From the NCBI GenBank assembly GCA_964499985.1, contig CAZCMX010000001.1:10916-74915 (forward strand): a DNA stretch of 64,000 bases, read 5' to 3'. A program made the position numbers and the translations under genes. The notes beneath the pieces are model-generated. The model was not told the DNA's origin. It saw only the letters and a list, made by a program, of their open reading frames with translations, and searched no databases. The stretch comes from an uncultured Mageeibacillus sp. (GTDB lineage: Bacteria; Bacillota; Clostridia; Saccharofermentanales; UBA5734). Of the stretch, positions 47,012 to 56,471 are shown in pieces (the stretch's first letter is position 1; each line of letters begins with the position of its first letter).

Positions 47012-47764
47012 CTAGAAGAAAGTCCACGGTTCGCCAGCGGGCGCAGGCAGAATAAACTGCAGAGGTTTCAGGCTGGCAGGATGAAGAAAGGCAAGCTGGC
47101 AGGATTGCAGGGCCAGGCGGCCCGGACAGCCTGGCAATTGCAGGCCGCCATATTTGGCATCATTGACGATCGGACAGCCGGCATGGGCCAGCTGGACCCG
47201 GATCTGGTGGTGGCGGCCGGTTTCCAGCTGAATCGAAAGCCAGGCCAGGCCATGCCCTTGCCAGATCGATTCTTGCTCAACCTGAAAGGATAACCGGGCC
47301 AGCTTCTGACCCCGCGCAGGGCTTTGCACTGCCACGACCCGGCTGAGATTGCCTGATGCCTGCTTCTTGAGATAGTCCTCCAGCTGGCCGCTCTTCATGG
47401 CTGGTCCGGGGCTGACGACCGCGCGATATGATTTGGCAAAGAGTCCCTGGCTCATCTGGCGGGTCAAGGCCGTTTGAGCCTGGGCCGACTTGGCCAGCAC
47501 GATCAGACCACTGACCGGTCGATCGAGCCGATGGACCAGATAGAGGGTTTCCCGCGGCCGCTGGGCCTGGAGCAGTCCCAGGAGATGCTGGGAACCGCTT
47601 TGGTCTGCCTGCACCGGCAAACCGGCTGGCTTGACGGCGACCAGGATCACCGCGTCCTCGCAGATGATTTCAAGGTCTGAAGGCTCAGGGTCCAGGGCTT
47701 CAGGCTGGGACATCCGGCGGGGCTGGTCCCACCAGGATCCGGCAAAGGAAATGGCTGCAGTCAT
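47012..47764 (-). CDS. RluA-family pseudouridine synthase
   Basis: VKPAGLPVQ and the catalytic motif HRLDRPVSGLIVLAK. An internal start at MSQPEA (47713) is possible. Confidence 0.85.
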   Translation of the reverse strand: MTAAISFAGSWWDQPRRMSQPEALDPEPSDLEIICEDAVILVAVKPAGLPVQADQSGSQHLLGLLQAQRPRETLYLVHRLDRPVSGLIVLAKSAQAQTALTRQMSQGLFAKSYRAVVSPGPAMKSGQLEDYLKKQASGNLSRVVAVQSPARGQKLARLSFQVEQESIWQGHGLAWLSIQLETGRHHQIRVQLAHAGCPIVNDAKYGGLQLPGCPGRLALQSCQLAFLHPASLKPLQFILPAPAGEPWTFF

Positions 47765-47773
47765 GGTGATTCC

Positions 47774-48325
47774 TCAGGTGAGCCGATAGCGTTGCAAAGC
47801 CTGGCGCCTCGACCTGGCCCCCGGCAATACCTGTTCCAGCAGCTGGTGGAATCGCGGGCTGTGGTCGAACTGGACCAAGTGGCAAAGCTCGTGGACGACA
47901 ATGTATTCGAGCAGGTCGTCTGGCAGAAGACCGGCACAGACATTGATCGAAATCAGGCCGGACTTGCTGCAACTGCCCCATCTTCGCTTCTGGCGGCGGA
48001 TGGTCACCTGGCTGGGCAGGAGTTGCGGGAACCGTTCCAGGACCATTTTGACCTTGGCCCTGGTCAGTTCGCGCAAAGCAGCCAGCTGCGCGGTGTCGCC
48101 CGGGATCTCGACCTGGACCAGCCGGCCATTCTCGGTCATCTTCCGGCGAATCCAGGACTCCTTGTCGCGGATGAATCGTTCAATCTCGGCCAGGGGCATT
48201 TTCAGCCCGCAGCGCACCTCCAGCTGGTTATCCGGATGAAGGACGAGGGCCATGGTTTTGCGCCGGCTGCGAACGACCGTAAAGGGAACAGGCACCGCCC
48301 GGGGGACGGGCTCAGGCCTGGCCAT
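47774..48325 (-). CDS. YgjP/DUF45-family (WLM-like) putative metallopeptidase
   Basis: The C-terminal zinc motif VVHELCHLVQFDHSPRF (HExxH) and the N-terminal SRRKTMALVL...V block are typical of DUF45. The start is uncertain: 48325 was chosen, while the longest ORF reaches 48391 and overlaps the upstream gene by 80 nt. Confidence 0.7.
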   Translation of the reverse strand: MARPEPVPRAVPVPFTVVRSRRKTMALVLHPDNQLEVRCGLKMPLAEIERFIRDKESWIRRKMTENGRLVQVEIPGDTAQLAALRELTRAKVKMVLERFPQLLPSQVTIRRQKRRWGSCSKSGLISINVCAGLLPDDLLEYIVVHELCHLVQFDHSPRFHQLLEQVLPGARSRRQALQRYRLT

Positions 48326-49169
48326 AACCCTGTTCAAGGCAGCGCCGGGCGCGTTCAGCGGCTTTGCCACCCAGCCTGATTTGTTCAGCAAGAAAGTCTG
48401 GATGCTCGGCCAGAAAGCGGACCATGTACTGGTGGGGATCCTGCATGAAGCGGTTGACCTGCTCCGTCTGCTCTTGGCTCAAAAGTCCGGCCGCAGTCGC
48501 CTGCTCAAACAGGTTGCGGTCGATTTTGGCCAGGGCGGTCAATTCAACCCCGGCTTGCTGCAAAATTTCGCGCCCCCCCTGGTCACGGTCGACCACAACA
48601 GCCGTATCTGTGATTGATCCGCCCAGACGGGCGATGGCAGGCAGCCAGGCTCTGGTATAGCTGGATGCCTCGGTCACCAGATCAGCGATATGCAGAACTT
48701 TCTGTCCCCGCAGGGCCTGGTCAGGCAGCTCATGCACGGCTTGGAAATTCGGATCGCTCCAGAAGGCCTTGCCATCCTTGAGAATCGCGACATGTGGCTT
48801 GCCGGTTCTTGCTGCCAGCGGGATGGAAAAGAAATAGTCCCGTCTCTCCCCACCGGAAACCACATCAAAATCAAGCTCGGCCACGGCATCAACGAGCTGG
48901 TCAATGACGGCCTGGAAAACCGGCTGCTGCTGGTCATGTTCCATGATCACCGCAGCAAGCAGTCCCGGCAGTTCAAGCGGTGTTTGGACAGCCTGCTCGA
49001 TCAGGGTCAATAACTGGTTGGCCTCGGCTTCACTGCCATACAGGAAATGGGTATTGATATAGTATGGTCCAAGGGTCCCGGACGTATACCAGAAAGGCTG
49101 GTCTGCCGGACTGACCCGGATGGCGCTGGTATCGAACAATGCCTTGATGATCGATTGGTCTTGCTTCAT
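48312..49169 (-). CDS. Type I phosphoribosyltransferase, PyrE-like but atypical (long, with a divergent PRPP loop)
   Basis: 285 aa, the last gene of the pyr operon. It contains FWYTSGTLGPYYIN (compare PyrE F.L.SG..SPYF.N), GGERRDYFFSIPLA and a PRPP-loop position reading VLHIADLVTEASS instead of the usual acidic-acidic-x-x-T-T-G-G-T. It has an extra C-terminal region of about 80 aa. The start was set to ATG 49169 behind GGAGGA. Confidence 0.6.
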   Translation of the reverse strand: MKQDQSIIKALFDTSAIRVSPADQPFWYTSGTLGPYYINTHFLYGSEAEANQLLTLIEQAVQTPLELPGLLAAVIMEHDQQQPVFQAVIDQLVDAVAELDFDVVSGGERRDYFFSIPLAARTGKPHVAILKDGKAFWSDPNFQAVHELPDQALRGQKVLHIADLVTEASSYTRAWLPAIARLGGSITDTAVVVDRDQGGREILQQAGVELTALAKIDRNLFEQATAAGLLSQEQTEQVNRFMQDPHQYMVRFLAEHPDFLAEQIRLGGKAAERARRCLEQGYGQA

Positions 49170-49214
49170 GGCCTGGTTCCTCCACAAATGGTCCTGAAAA
49201 GTTCTATTATACCG

Positions 49215-50126
49215 TTACCAGGGCTGCAGCAGGCCAGTATACTGGCTCACCTGCAACATATTTTCGGTTCCGGCGATGATTTCCATTTCATTAATGACAT
49301 CCTGACAGGCTGTCGGCCTGATCAAATTGGCTGTGCCAACCTGGACCGCAGCAGCCCCGGCGAGCATGAATTCGATCGCATCCTCCCCGTTCATGATCCC
49401 GCCCATGCCGATGATCGGGATCCGGACAGCCCGGTAGACATCCCAGACCATGCGCAGGGCGACGGGCTTGACGGCCGGGCCGGATAAACCGCCGGTATTG
49501 TTGCGCAAGACGGGACGGCGGGTTTTGCGGTCAATCGCCAGACCGAGCAAGGTATTGATCAGGCTGACGGCATCGGCGCCTGCGGCCTCTGCAGCCAGGG
49601 CCATATCGGCGATGCTGGTGACATTGGGGGTCAGCTTGACCCAGAGCGGCTTGCGGGTTTTGGCCCGCACCGCCCAGACCACTTCTTCGATCATGGGCGC
49701 CGAGCTGCCAAAAGCCATGCAGCCCATGCTGACATTGGGGCAGGACAGGTTCAGCTCGATCCCGTCGACTGCCGTCGCATCGAGCTGCTCGGCCATCGCT
49801 ACATTTTCGGCCAGAGAATGGCCGGCGATATTGGCAATGATCGTGGTCCCGAGGCTTTTCATGAAAGGCAGTTCGGTGACGATGAAGGCTTCAAGTCCGG
49901 GGTTCTGCAGTCCGACACTGTTGAGAAGGCCGCCGGTGGTCTCGGCCACCCGGGGCGGATCATTACCCAGGCGTGGATTCAGGGTCAGGCCCTTGGAGCT
50001 GATCGCGCCCAGCTGGGACAAGTCATTCCACTGTTGCATTTCCCGGCCGAAGCCAAAGGTGCCGGAGGCTGCTATCACAGGGTTTTTCAGGGTCAACGAT
50101 CCGATCTGGACAGACAGGTTCACCAT
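49215..50126 (-). CDS. pyrD: Dihydroorotate dehydrogenase, class 1B catalytic subunit
   Basis: MVNLSVQIGSLTLKNPVIAASGTFGFG, LSCPNV and GGLSGPAVKPVALR motifs. The start was set to ATG 50126, overlapping the pyrK stop. The ORF-track extension to 50426 is out-of-frame overlap with pyrK. Confidence 0.93.
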   Translation of the reverse strand: MVNLSVQIGSLTLKNPVIAASGTFGFGREMQQWNDLSQLGAISSKGLTLNPRLGNDPPRVAETTGGLLNSVGLQNPGLEAFIVTELPFMKSLGTTIIANIAGHSLAENVAMAEQLDATAVDGIELNLSCPNVSMGCMAFGSSAPMIEEVVWAVRAKTRKPLWVKLTPNVTSIADMALAAEAAGADAVSLINTLLGLAIDRKTRRPVLRNNTGGLSGPAVKPVALRMVWDVYRAVRIPIIGMGGIMNGEDAIEFMLAGAAAVQVGTANLIRPTACQDVINEMEIIAGTENMLQVSQYTGLLQPW

Positions 50127-50908
50127 ACGACAGCCTCCGCTGGAAAGACCGGTCCTTCGACGCAGCAGCGTTGATGGCTGATCTCCCCTGTTTCCTGTTC
50201 CCTGATTTTGCAGACACAGACGAGGCAGATGCCGATCCCACAGCCCATGCGTTCTTCGAGCGAGACCTGGCAGGGCAAGCCAGCCCGGGCTGCCCGTTCG
50301 GCGACGGCCTGCATCATGATTTTCGGGCCACAGGTCAAGATAACCGTGTCTTCGCCTGAAACGAGGTCTGCAAGCGCCTGGTCCAGGGCCAGGGCTGCGT
50401 GGCCCTCCACATCCAGGCCACCACAATCCGAGGCGAAAATGGCTTTGCTGGCCAGCTGGCGGAATTCATCAACCAGAATCGCATCCCCGGGGCTGCGATA
50501 GCCACAGACTGCCACCGTTTCCACGCCAGATTCACGGCAATGTGCCTGGACGAAATAGAGCGGGAAAACTCCAGTGCCACCACCGACCGTGATGACCCGG
50601 CGGTAACCTGCCAGATCAAAGCCATGGCCCAGGGGACCCAATACGGAAACGGTCGTACCGGGTTTCAAGCCCTTGAACTCCATGGTTCCCTTCCCTTTGG
50701 CCTGGATGCCGATCTGGAACGAGCCAGCGGCCCGGTCTACTGCCATGATGCCGAAAGGGCGGCGCAGGAATTGCTGGCAGGACAGGTTGACAAACTGGCC
50801 CGGCTGGGCGGTCCGGCTGATCGCCTCCCCCTGCAAAGTCAGAATGAAGAACTGGTCGTTCAGCGTTTGGTTGTCGAGGATGGTGCAAGCCCATTCGATC
50901 TGCTGCAT
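50120..50908 (-). CDS. pyrK: Dihydroorotate dehydrogenase electron-transfer subunit
   Basis: FNR-like FAD/NAD fold (RRPFGI, GGGTGVFPL) plus the C-terminal 2Fe-2S motif CGIGICLVCVC. Confidence 0.9.
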   Translation of the reverse strand: MQQIEWACTILDNQTLNDQFFILTLQGEAISRTAQPGQFVNLSCQQFLRRPFGIMAVDRAAGSFQIGIQAKGKGTMEFKGLKPGTTVSVLGPLGHGFDLAGYRRVITVGGGTGVFPLYFVQAHCRESGVETVAVCGYRSPGDAILVDEFRQLASKAIFASDCGGLDVEGHAALALDQALADLVSGEDTVILTCGPKIMMQAVAERAARAGLPCQVSLEERMGCGIGICLVCVCKIREQETGEISHQRCCVEGPVFPAEAVVW

Positions 50909-50920
50909 TCGGATTTCCCC

Positions 50921-53900
50921 TTATTTTTTGAGCATGTCATTTTGCATCGGCATTTCATTTTGCGGCAGGGTATTCTCCCTTGTCGCAGCGACAATGTCGG
51001 CAAAAACCTGGATTTCATAGGGTTTGAGGTCAGCCGGTTTCATTTCGCGCTCCAGGCATTCAACCACAGCCACCAGGGTGTCCAGAGAGGTGATGGTGGC
51101 AATGCCATGCTCGATCGCGTGGCGGCGCAGGCGGAAGCCTTCCCGGTCATCATTGGAGGTCGAGTTCTCGGTATTGATCAGCAGCTTGACGGTGCCCTGG
51201 TCAATCATGTCAACGGTGGATGGATGGCCTTCGAGCGCCCGGCGCGAGATGCTGCAGGGTATGCCGTACTTATTGAGATAATTGGCGGTGCCACCCGTGC
51301 CATAGAGTTCATAGCCCAGGTTGTTGAGCCGGCTGGCCAAAGGCACCAGATCCGGTTTGTCACTGTCTCTGACCGTCATCAGGATCCCGGCGCCCTTGGG
51401 CGGGAATTTGAAATTGGAAGCGAGGATGGCCTTGTACATCGCTTCGCTGTACGTCGTGGACAGGCCTAGGACCTCACCCGTGCTTTTCATTTCCGGGCCG
51501 AGGCTGGTGTCGACATCATGCAGCTTCTCAAAGGAGAAAACCGGTGCCTTGATGGCATAGACCGCCGGATAACGGGCATATAGGCCGGTCCCATACTCGA
51601 AATCAGTCAGACGTGCCCCCATCATGATCCGAGTCGCCAGGTCGACAATCGGGATCCCGGTGACCTTGCTGATATAAGGCACCGTCCGTGACGAGCGCGG
51701 ATTGACCTCGATGACGTAGACTTCATCATTATACAGGATGAACTGGATATTGATCAGGCCGATCACCTGCAAAGCCCGGGCCAGTTTACGGGTATGGTCG
51801 ACCAGAATATCGCGGATCCGCTCCGAGATATAAGCCGGGAAGATCGAAATCGAGTCACCGGAGTGGACACCGGCGCGTTCGAGATGCTCCATGATGCCGG
51901 GGATCAGGATATCTTCGCCGTCCGATACCGCATCGACTTCCAGTTCAACGCCCATCAGATACTTGTCGACCAGAATCGGATTTTCCTGTTCGACCAGATT
52001 GATGATCCGCATGTATTCGATCATGTCGGTATCGTTGTGGACGATGGCCATGCCCTGGCCGCCGAGGACATAGGAGGGCCGGACGAGAACGGGATAACCG
52101 AGGCTGGCAGCAGCAGCGAGGGCCTCATCCGCGGTGCGGACTGTCGTGCCATTCGGACGCTTGATCTGGCATGCCTCGAGGATGGCATCAAAGCGCTGGC
52201 GGTCTTCCGCAGCATCGACCCCATCGGCGGAGGTGCCGAAAATCGGCAGGCCCATTTCAGTCACAGCCTTGATCAGCTTGATCGCCGTCTGGCCGCCAAA
52301 CTGGCAAATGGCGCCATCTGGCTTTTCATTTTCGATGATCGCCCGCACATCGTCCGGAGTCAGCGGTTCAAAATAGAGCCGGTCCGAGGTATCGAAATCG
52401 GTCGAGACGGTCTCGGGATTATTATTGGCGATGATCGCCTCATAACCGAGTTCGCGCAAGGCCCAGACCGAATGGACCGAGCAATAGTCAAACTCGATCC
52501 CCTGGCCGATCCGGATCGGGCCGGAACCAAGCACGAGGACTTTCTTGCGTTCGGTGCGGATGGCTTCGTTCTTCATATCGAAGGTTGAGTAGAAATACGG
52601 CGTCACGGCATCATACTCGCCGGCACAGGTATCGACCATTTTATAGGTGTGGACCAGGCCAAGCGCCTTGCGCCGCTGGCGGATGGCTTCCGCAGGGATG
52701 CCGCTGAGCTTGGCTATCCAGGAATCGGTGAAGGCCATGCGGACGGCTCTGGTCAGCAGGGTGTCATCGATGGTTTTCATCCCACTGATGGCTGTTTCGG
52801 TCGCGACCAGGCTGGCAAGCTTTTTCAGGAAGAATTTGTCAATCCAGGTCCGCTCGTAAATCTCATCGAGCGAAAAGCCGCGCCGGATCCCCTCGGCAAC
52901 GGCAAACAGCCGCATGTCATCGGCCTGGATCATGCGCGGCCAGAGATCATGGTCGGACATCTCCAGCATCAGGGGCACCCTGAGCCCATAAAGCCCCAGC
53001 TCGAGCGAGCGGATGGCCTTCATCAGGGATGCTTCAAAGGTATTGGCGATCGCCATGACCTCACCGGTGGCCTTCATCTGCGTCCCCAGGGTGCGCCGCG
53101 CTTTGACAAATTTGTCAAATGGCCATTTCGGGATCTTGGTGACGATATAGTCGACCGCAGGCTCAAAGCTGGCTTTGGTGGTGCCAGTGACTTCGTTGGG
53201 AATCTCGTCGAGCGCATAGCCGACGGCGATGCGCGAGGCAACCTTGGCGATTGGATACCCGGTGGCCTTGGAGGCCAGGGCTGAGCTGCGCGACAAACGG
53301 GGATTGACTTCAATGACGGCATAGTCGACCTGGGTCGGATGCTGGGCGAACTGGACATTGCAGCCCCCGACAATCCCCAGTTCGGTGACGATTTTCAAAG
53401 CCGCAGTGCGCAGCTTCTGGTATTCGAGGTCGGTCAAGGTCTGGGCCGGTGCCACAACAATCGAGTCCCCGGTATGGACACCGACGGGGTCGAAATTCTC
53501 CATGCTGCAGATGGTGATGGCATTGCCCTTGGCATCGCGGACCGCTTCAAATTCGATTTCCTTCCAGCCGGCGATGCTGCGTTCAATCAGGACCTGGTGC
53601 ACCCGGCTGGCATTGAGGCCGGACACGGCAAACTGGCGCAGCGCTTTTTCGTCAGCTGCGATGCCGCCACCGGTACCGCCCAGGGTGAAGGCCGGCCGGA
53701 CGATGACCGGATAGCCGATCTCCTCTGCCAGACGCAGGCATTCCTCGAGATTGTTCGCCGTGCCGGATGGGATGCAGGGCTCATTGATCCGGAGCATGGC
53801 GGCGCGGAATTCCTCGCGGTCCTCGCCCATCCGGATCCCGGCCGCCGGGGTGCCCAGCATGGCGATCCGGTGCTGGTCGAGAAAACCGGATTCGGACAGT

Positions 53901-54202
53901 TCCATGGCGAAGTTCAAGCCGGTCTGGCCGCCGAGGGTGGCCAGCAAGCCGTCAACTTTTTCGTCGAGCAGGATCCGCTGGATGACATCGATCTGCAAGG
54001 GCTCCAGATAGACTTTGTCAGCCATATTGGTATCGGTCATGATCGTCGCCGGATTGCTGTTGACCAGGACGACCTCGTATCCTTCGGCTTTCAGGGCGCG
54101 GCAGGCTTGGGTGCCGGCATAATCAAACTCGGCAGCCTGGCCGATGACGATCGGACCAGAGCCAATGACCATGATTTTATGAATGTCCGTGCGTTTGGGC
54201 AT
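50921..54202 (-). CDS. carB: Carbamoyl-phosphate synthase large subunit
   Basis: 1093 aa with duplicated ATP-grasp halves (IMVIGSGPIVIGQAAEFDYAGTQA and VLVLGSGPIRIGQGIEFDYCSVH) and a C-terminal MGS-like domain. Confidence 0.97.
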   Translation of the reverse strand: MPKRTDIHKIMVIGSGPIVIGQAAEFDYAGTQACRALKAEGYEVVLVNSNPATIMTDTNMADKVYLEPLQIDVIQRILLDEKVDGLLATLGGQTGLNFAMELSESGFLDQHRIAMLGTPAAGIRMGEDREEFRAAMLRINEPCIPSGTANNLEECLRLAEEIGYPVIVRPAFTLGGTGGGIAADEKALRQFAVSGLNASRVHQVLIERSIAGWKEIEFEAVRDAKGNAITICSMENFDPVGVHTGDSIVVAPAQTLTDLEYQKLRTAALKIVTELGIVGGCNVQFAQHPTQVDYAVIEVNPRLSRSSALASKATGYPIAKVASRIAVGYALDEIPNEVTGTTKASFEPAVDYIVTKIPKWPFDKFVKARRTLGTQMKATGEVMAIANTFEASLMKAIRSLELGLYGLRVPLMLEMSDHDLWPRMIQADDMRLFAVAEGIRRGFSLDEIYERTWIDKFFLKKLASLVATETAISGMKTIDDTLLTRAVRMAFTDSWIAKLSGIPAEAIRQRRKALGLVHTYKMVDTCAGEYDAVTPYFYSTFDMKNEAIRTERKKVLVLGSGPIRIGQGIEFDYCSVHSVWALRELGYEAIIANNNPETVSTDFDTSDRLYFEPLTPDDVRAIIENEKPDGAICQFGGQTAIKLIKAVTEMGLPIFGTSADGVDAAEDRQRFDAILEACQIKRPNGTTVRTADEALAAAASLGYPVLVRPSYVLGGQGMAIVHNDTDMIEYMRIINLVEQENPILVDKYLMGVELEVDAVSDGEDILIPGIMEHLERAGVHSGDSISIFPAYISERIRDILVDHTRKLARALQVIGLINIQFILYNDEVYVIEVNPRSSRTVPYISKVTGIPIVDLATRIMMGARLTDFEYGTGLYARYPAVYAIKAPVFSFEKLHDVDTSLGPEMKSTGEVLGLSTTYSEAMYKAILASNFKFPPKGAGILMTVRDSDKPDLVPLASRLNNLGYELYGTGGTANYLNKYGIPCSISRRALEGHPSTVDMIDQGTVKLLINTENSTSNDDREGFRLRRHAIEHGIATITSLDTLVAVVECLEREMKPADLKPYEIQVFADIVAATRENTLPQNEMPMQNDMLKK

Positions 54203-54240
54203 AGGAATCTCCTTTCAGGAAAAGAGCCAGAATCTGTATA

Positions 54241-54269
54241 ATTATACGTTCCTGTTTATAATTATTCAA
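54241..54269 (-). promoter_or_regulatory. Putative internal sigma-A promoter upstream of carB
   Basis: The minus strand reads TTGAAT, a 17-nt spacer, then a consensus TATAAT, inside a short AT-rich island. The -35 abuts/overlaps the pyrF stop codon by 1 nt, and the AAAGGAGA Shine-Dalgarno and carB ATG follow about 35 nt downstream. Confidence 0.45.
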
Positions 54270-55212
54270 TTGCCCTTCCCGCTCTTTTTAAGGCATCACG
54301 CAAATCGTCACGCATGGCGATGGCCTCGCGGCGGGTGGCTGCCGCAAATTCATCCACCGGCAGGCCGTGCTTTTTATAAGCCAGCATCAGGCTGCGCGAA
54401 GCATTGACCAGGGCACCCTGGCCATCCGGACCAAAGCTGGCAACCGCGTCCTCTGCAGTCGCCCCCTGGGCGCCATAGCCCGGGACCAGGATCAGGCTAT
54501 GCGGCATCAGCTGACGCAGTTTTTCCGCCTGGCGCGGCCAGGTCGCCCCAACCACAGCGCCAACCGACGAATAGCCGGACTGGCCGACCAGGTCCTGGCC
54601 CCATTCGGAAACTTTTTCCGCCATGGCTTCATAAACGGTGCGACCATCGGCGAGGACCAGGTCCTGCAGGTCACCAGCCGAAGGATTCGAGGTCCGGACC
54701 AGGATATAGACGCCCTGGCCACCCTTCTGGCACTGGTCGATAAAGGGCTTGATGCCATCGATCCCGAGATAGCCATTCAAGGTGATGCAATCCGCAGCGA
54801 TGAAAGACTGGCTGCTGGATTCGCCGAGGCTGGTCTGACCCAGGATGGCCCGGGAGTAGGCCTCGGCAGTGCTGCCGATATCATTGCGCTTGGCATCCGC
54901 GATCACCAGAAGGCCTTTCGCCCGGGCATAGGCGATGGTTTTCTGCAAGGCCAGAAGGCCGGGACCGCCATACTGTTCATAATAGGCAAACTGCGGTTTG
55001 ACAGCCGGGACCAGATCGGCCACGGCATCGATCAGCTGCTGGTTGAACGCATACAAGGCCAGGCCTGCAGCTTCTGCCGGATCTGCCGCGGCCAGGCTGG
55101 CCTGGCGACGGATCGATGCCGGCACATAGTCGAGCATCGGGTCGAGGCCCATGACGGTCGGATTGCCGGTTTCCTTGATTTTCCGGGTCAGCCGGTCGGC
55201 AAAATTCAGCAT
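54262..55212 (-). CDS. pyrF: Orotidine-5'-phosphate decarboxylase (long, type 2)
   Basis: 316 aa with VMGLDP, ADAKRNDIGST (Asp-x-Lys-x-x-Asp) and a C-terminal PGYGAQG. Confidence 0.9.
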   Translation of the reverse strand: MLNFADRLTRKIKETGNPTVMGLDPMLDYVPASIRRQASLAAADPAEAAGLALYAFNQQLIDAVADLVPAVKPQFAYYEQYGGPGLLALQKTIAYARAKGLLVIADAKRNDIGSTAEAYSRAILGQTSLGESSSQSFIAADCITLNGYLGIDGIKPFIDQCQKGGQGVYILVRTSNPSAGDLQDLVLADGRTVYEAMAEKVSEWGQDLVGQSGYSSVGAVVGATWPRQAEKLRQLMPHSLILVPGYGAQGATAEDAVASFGPDGQGALVNASRSLMLAYKKHGLPVDEFAAATRREAIAMRDDLRDALKRAGRAIE

Positions 55213-56471
55213 GCGAAAACCACCTTTCCATCACATAAGGTCATCTTGACCTGGCCGCGCAGCAACCAGCCATGGTATGGCGTATTCCGGGCTTTGCTGG
55301 CTGAGGCATTCTTATCAAACATGAAGGGCTTCTGCAGCTCAACCAGGGCGATATCGGCCGGATAGCCCGGTTCGAGGCGGCCCATTTTCTGGTTGAGGAG
55401 CTGCGCCGGCCGGGTCGACATCATCGCCACCAGCTCAGGCAGCGTCAGATGGCCGGGCAGGACCAGATAGGTGTAACCCAGGGCGAACGAGGATTCAAAG
55501 CCGATGATGCCATTATTGGCCAGGCCGAATTCAATCTGCTTCTCATCCTCATGATGCGGGGCATGGTCGGTGCCAATCATGTCAATCGTCCCATCCTTGA
55601 GGCCAGCGATGATGGCATCGACATCCTTTTGCGTGCGCAGGGGTGGATTCATCTTGGCGCTGGTATTGAAGTCGCGGCAGGCTTCCTCGGTCAGGGTGAA
55701 ATAGTGCGGGCAGGTCTCGCAGGTCACCTTCACGCCGCGGGCCTTGGCCTGGCGGACCAGTTCGATCGAGCCGGCCGTGCTCAGATGGGCCAGATGGACC
55801 GGCTGACCGACATATTCAGCAACCAGGATATCTCTGGCCACCATGATTTCCTCGGCGATGGTCGGGATGCCCCGCAGGCCGAGCTCGAGGCTGACCAGGC
55901 CTTCATTCATATGGCCACCCTCGGCCAAGGACGGTTCCTCACAATGGGAAATGACGGTCAGATTGAACTGGGCGGCATACTGGATGGCTTTTTTCATCAG
56001 GTCGGCGGTCAGCACGGGCTTGCCATCGTCCGAAATGGCGACGATGCCGGCCTCCGCCATCAGGCCGATTTCGGCCAGTTCCTTGCCATCCTGGTTCTTG
56101 CTCACCGCACCGACGGGCAGCACCTTGCAGGCGCCTTCACGCTGGGCCTTGTCGATGATATAGCGCACAATGGCCGGATTGTCGGTCACGGGCTTGGTAT
56201 TGGGCATGCAGGCGACGGCCGTGATGCCACCGCGGACGGCGGCCCGGGTGCCACTGACGATGTCTTCCCGGTATTCAAAGCCCGGATCGCGCAGGTGGGT
56301 ATGGGGATCGACCAGACCGGGCAGCACCGCCAGCCCCGTCGCATCGATGACCTGCTCCGGATCGCCGCTCAATGCGGCGACGATGACGCCATTTTCTATC
56401 AGGATGTCCTGGCTGGTTTCCTTCAGGCCAACCGGATCAATGACAAGTCCGCCGGAAATTTGAATTCTCAT
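55206..56471 (-). CDS. pyrC: Dihydroorotase
   Basis: LVDPHTHLRDPG metal-binding motif and GTDHAPH. It overlaps pyrF by 7 nt. Confidence 0.94.
   Translation of the reverse strand: MRIQISGGLVIDPVGLKETSQDILIENGVIVAALSGDPEQVIDATGLAVLPGLVDPHTHLRDPGFEYREDIVSGTRAAVRGGITAVACMPNTKPVTDNPAIVRYIIDKAQREGACKVLPVGAVSKNQDGKELAEIGLMAEAGIVAISDDGKPVLTADLMKKAIQYAAQFNLTVISHCEEPSLAEGGHMNEGLVSLELGLRGIPTIAEEIMVARDILVAEYVGQPVHLAHLSTAGSIELVRQAKARGVKVTCETCPHYFTLTEEACRDFNTSAKMNPPLRTQKDVDAIIAGLKDGTIDMIGTDHAPHHEDEKQIEFGLANNGIIGFESSFALGYTYLVLPGHLTLPELVAMMSTRPAQLLNQKMGRLEPGYPADIALVELQKPFMFDKNASASKARNTPYHGWLLRGQVKMTLCDGKVVFAC

Noticed and set aside
50127-50426. ORF-track 5' extensions of pyrD (to 50426), pyrB (to 57544), ffh (to 9493), miaA (to 39275), glyA (to 22495), nifU, purB, the PHP phosphatase and others.
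   Set aside because: The extensions overlap the preceding gene out of frame and translate to non-conserved sequence. Internal ATGs preceded by Shine-Dalgarno motifs coincide with the conserved N-termini.
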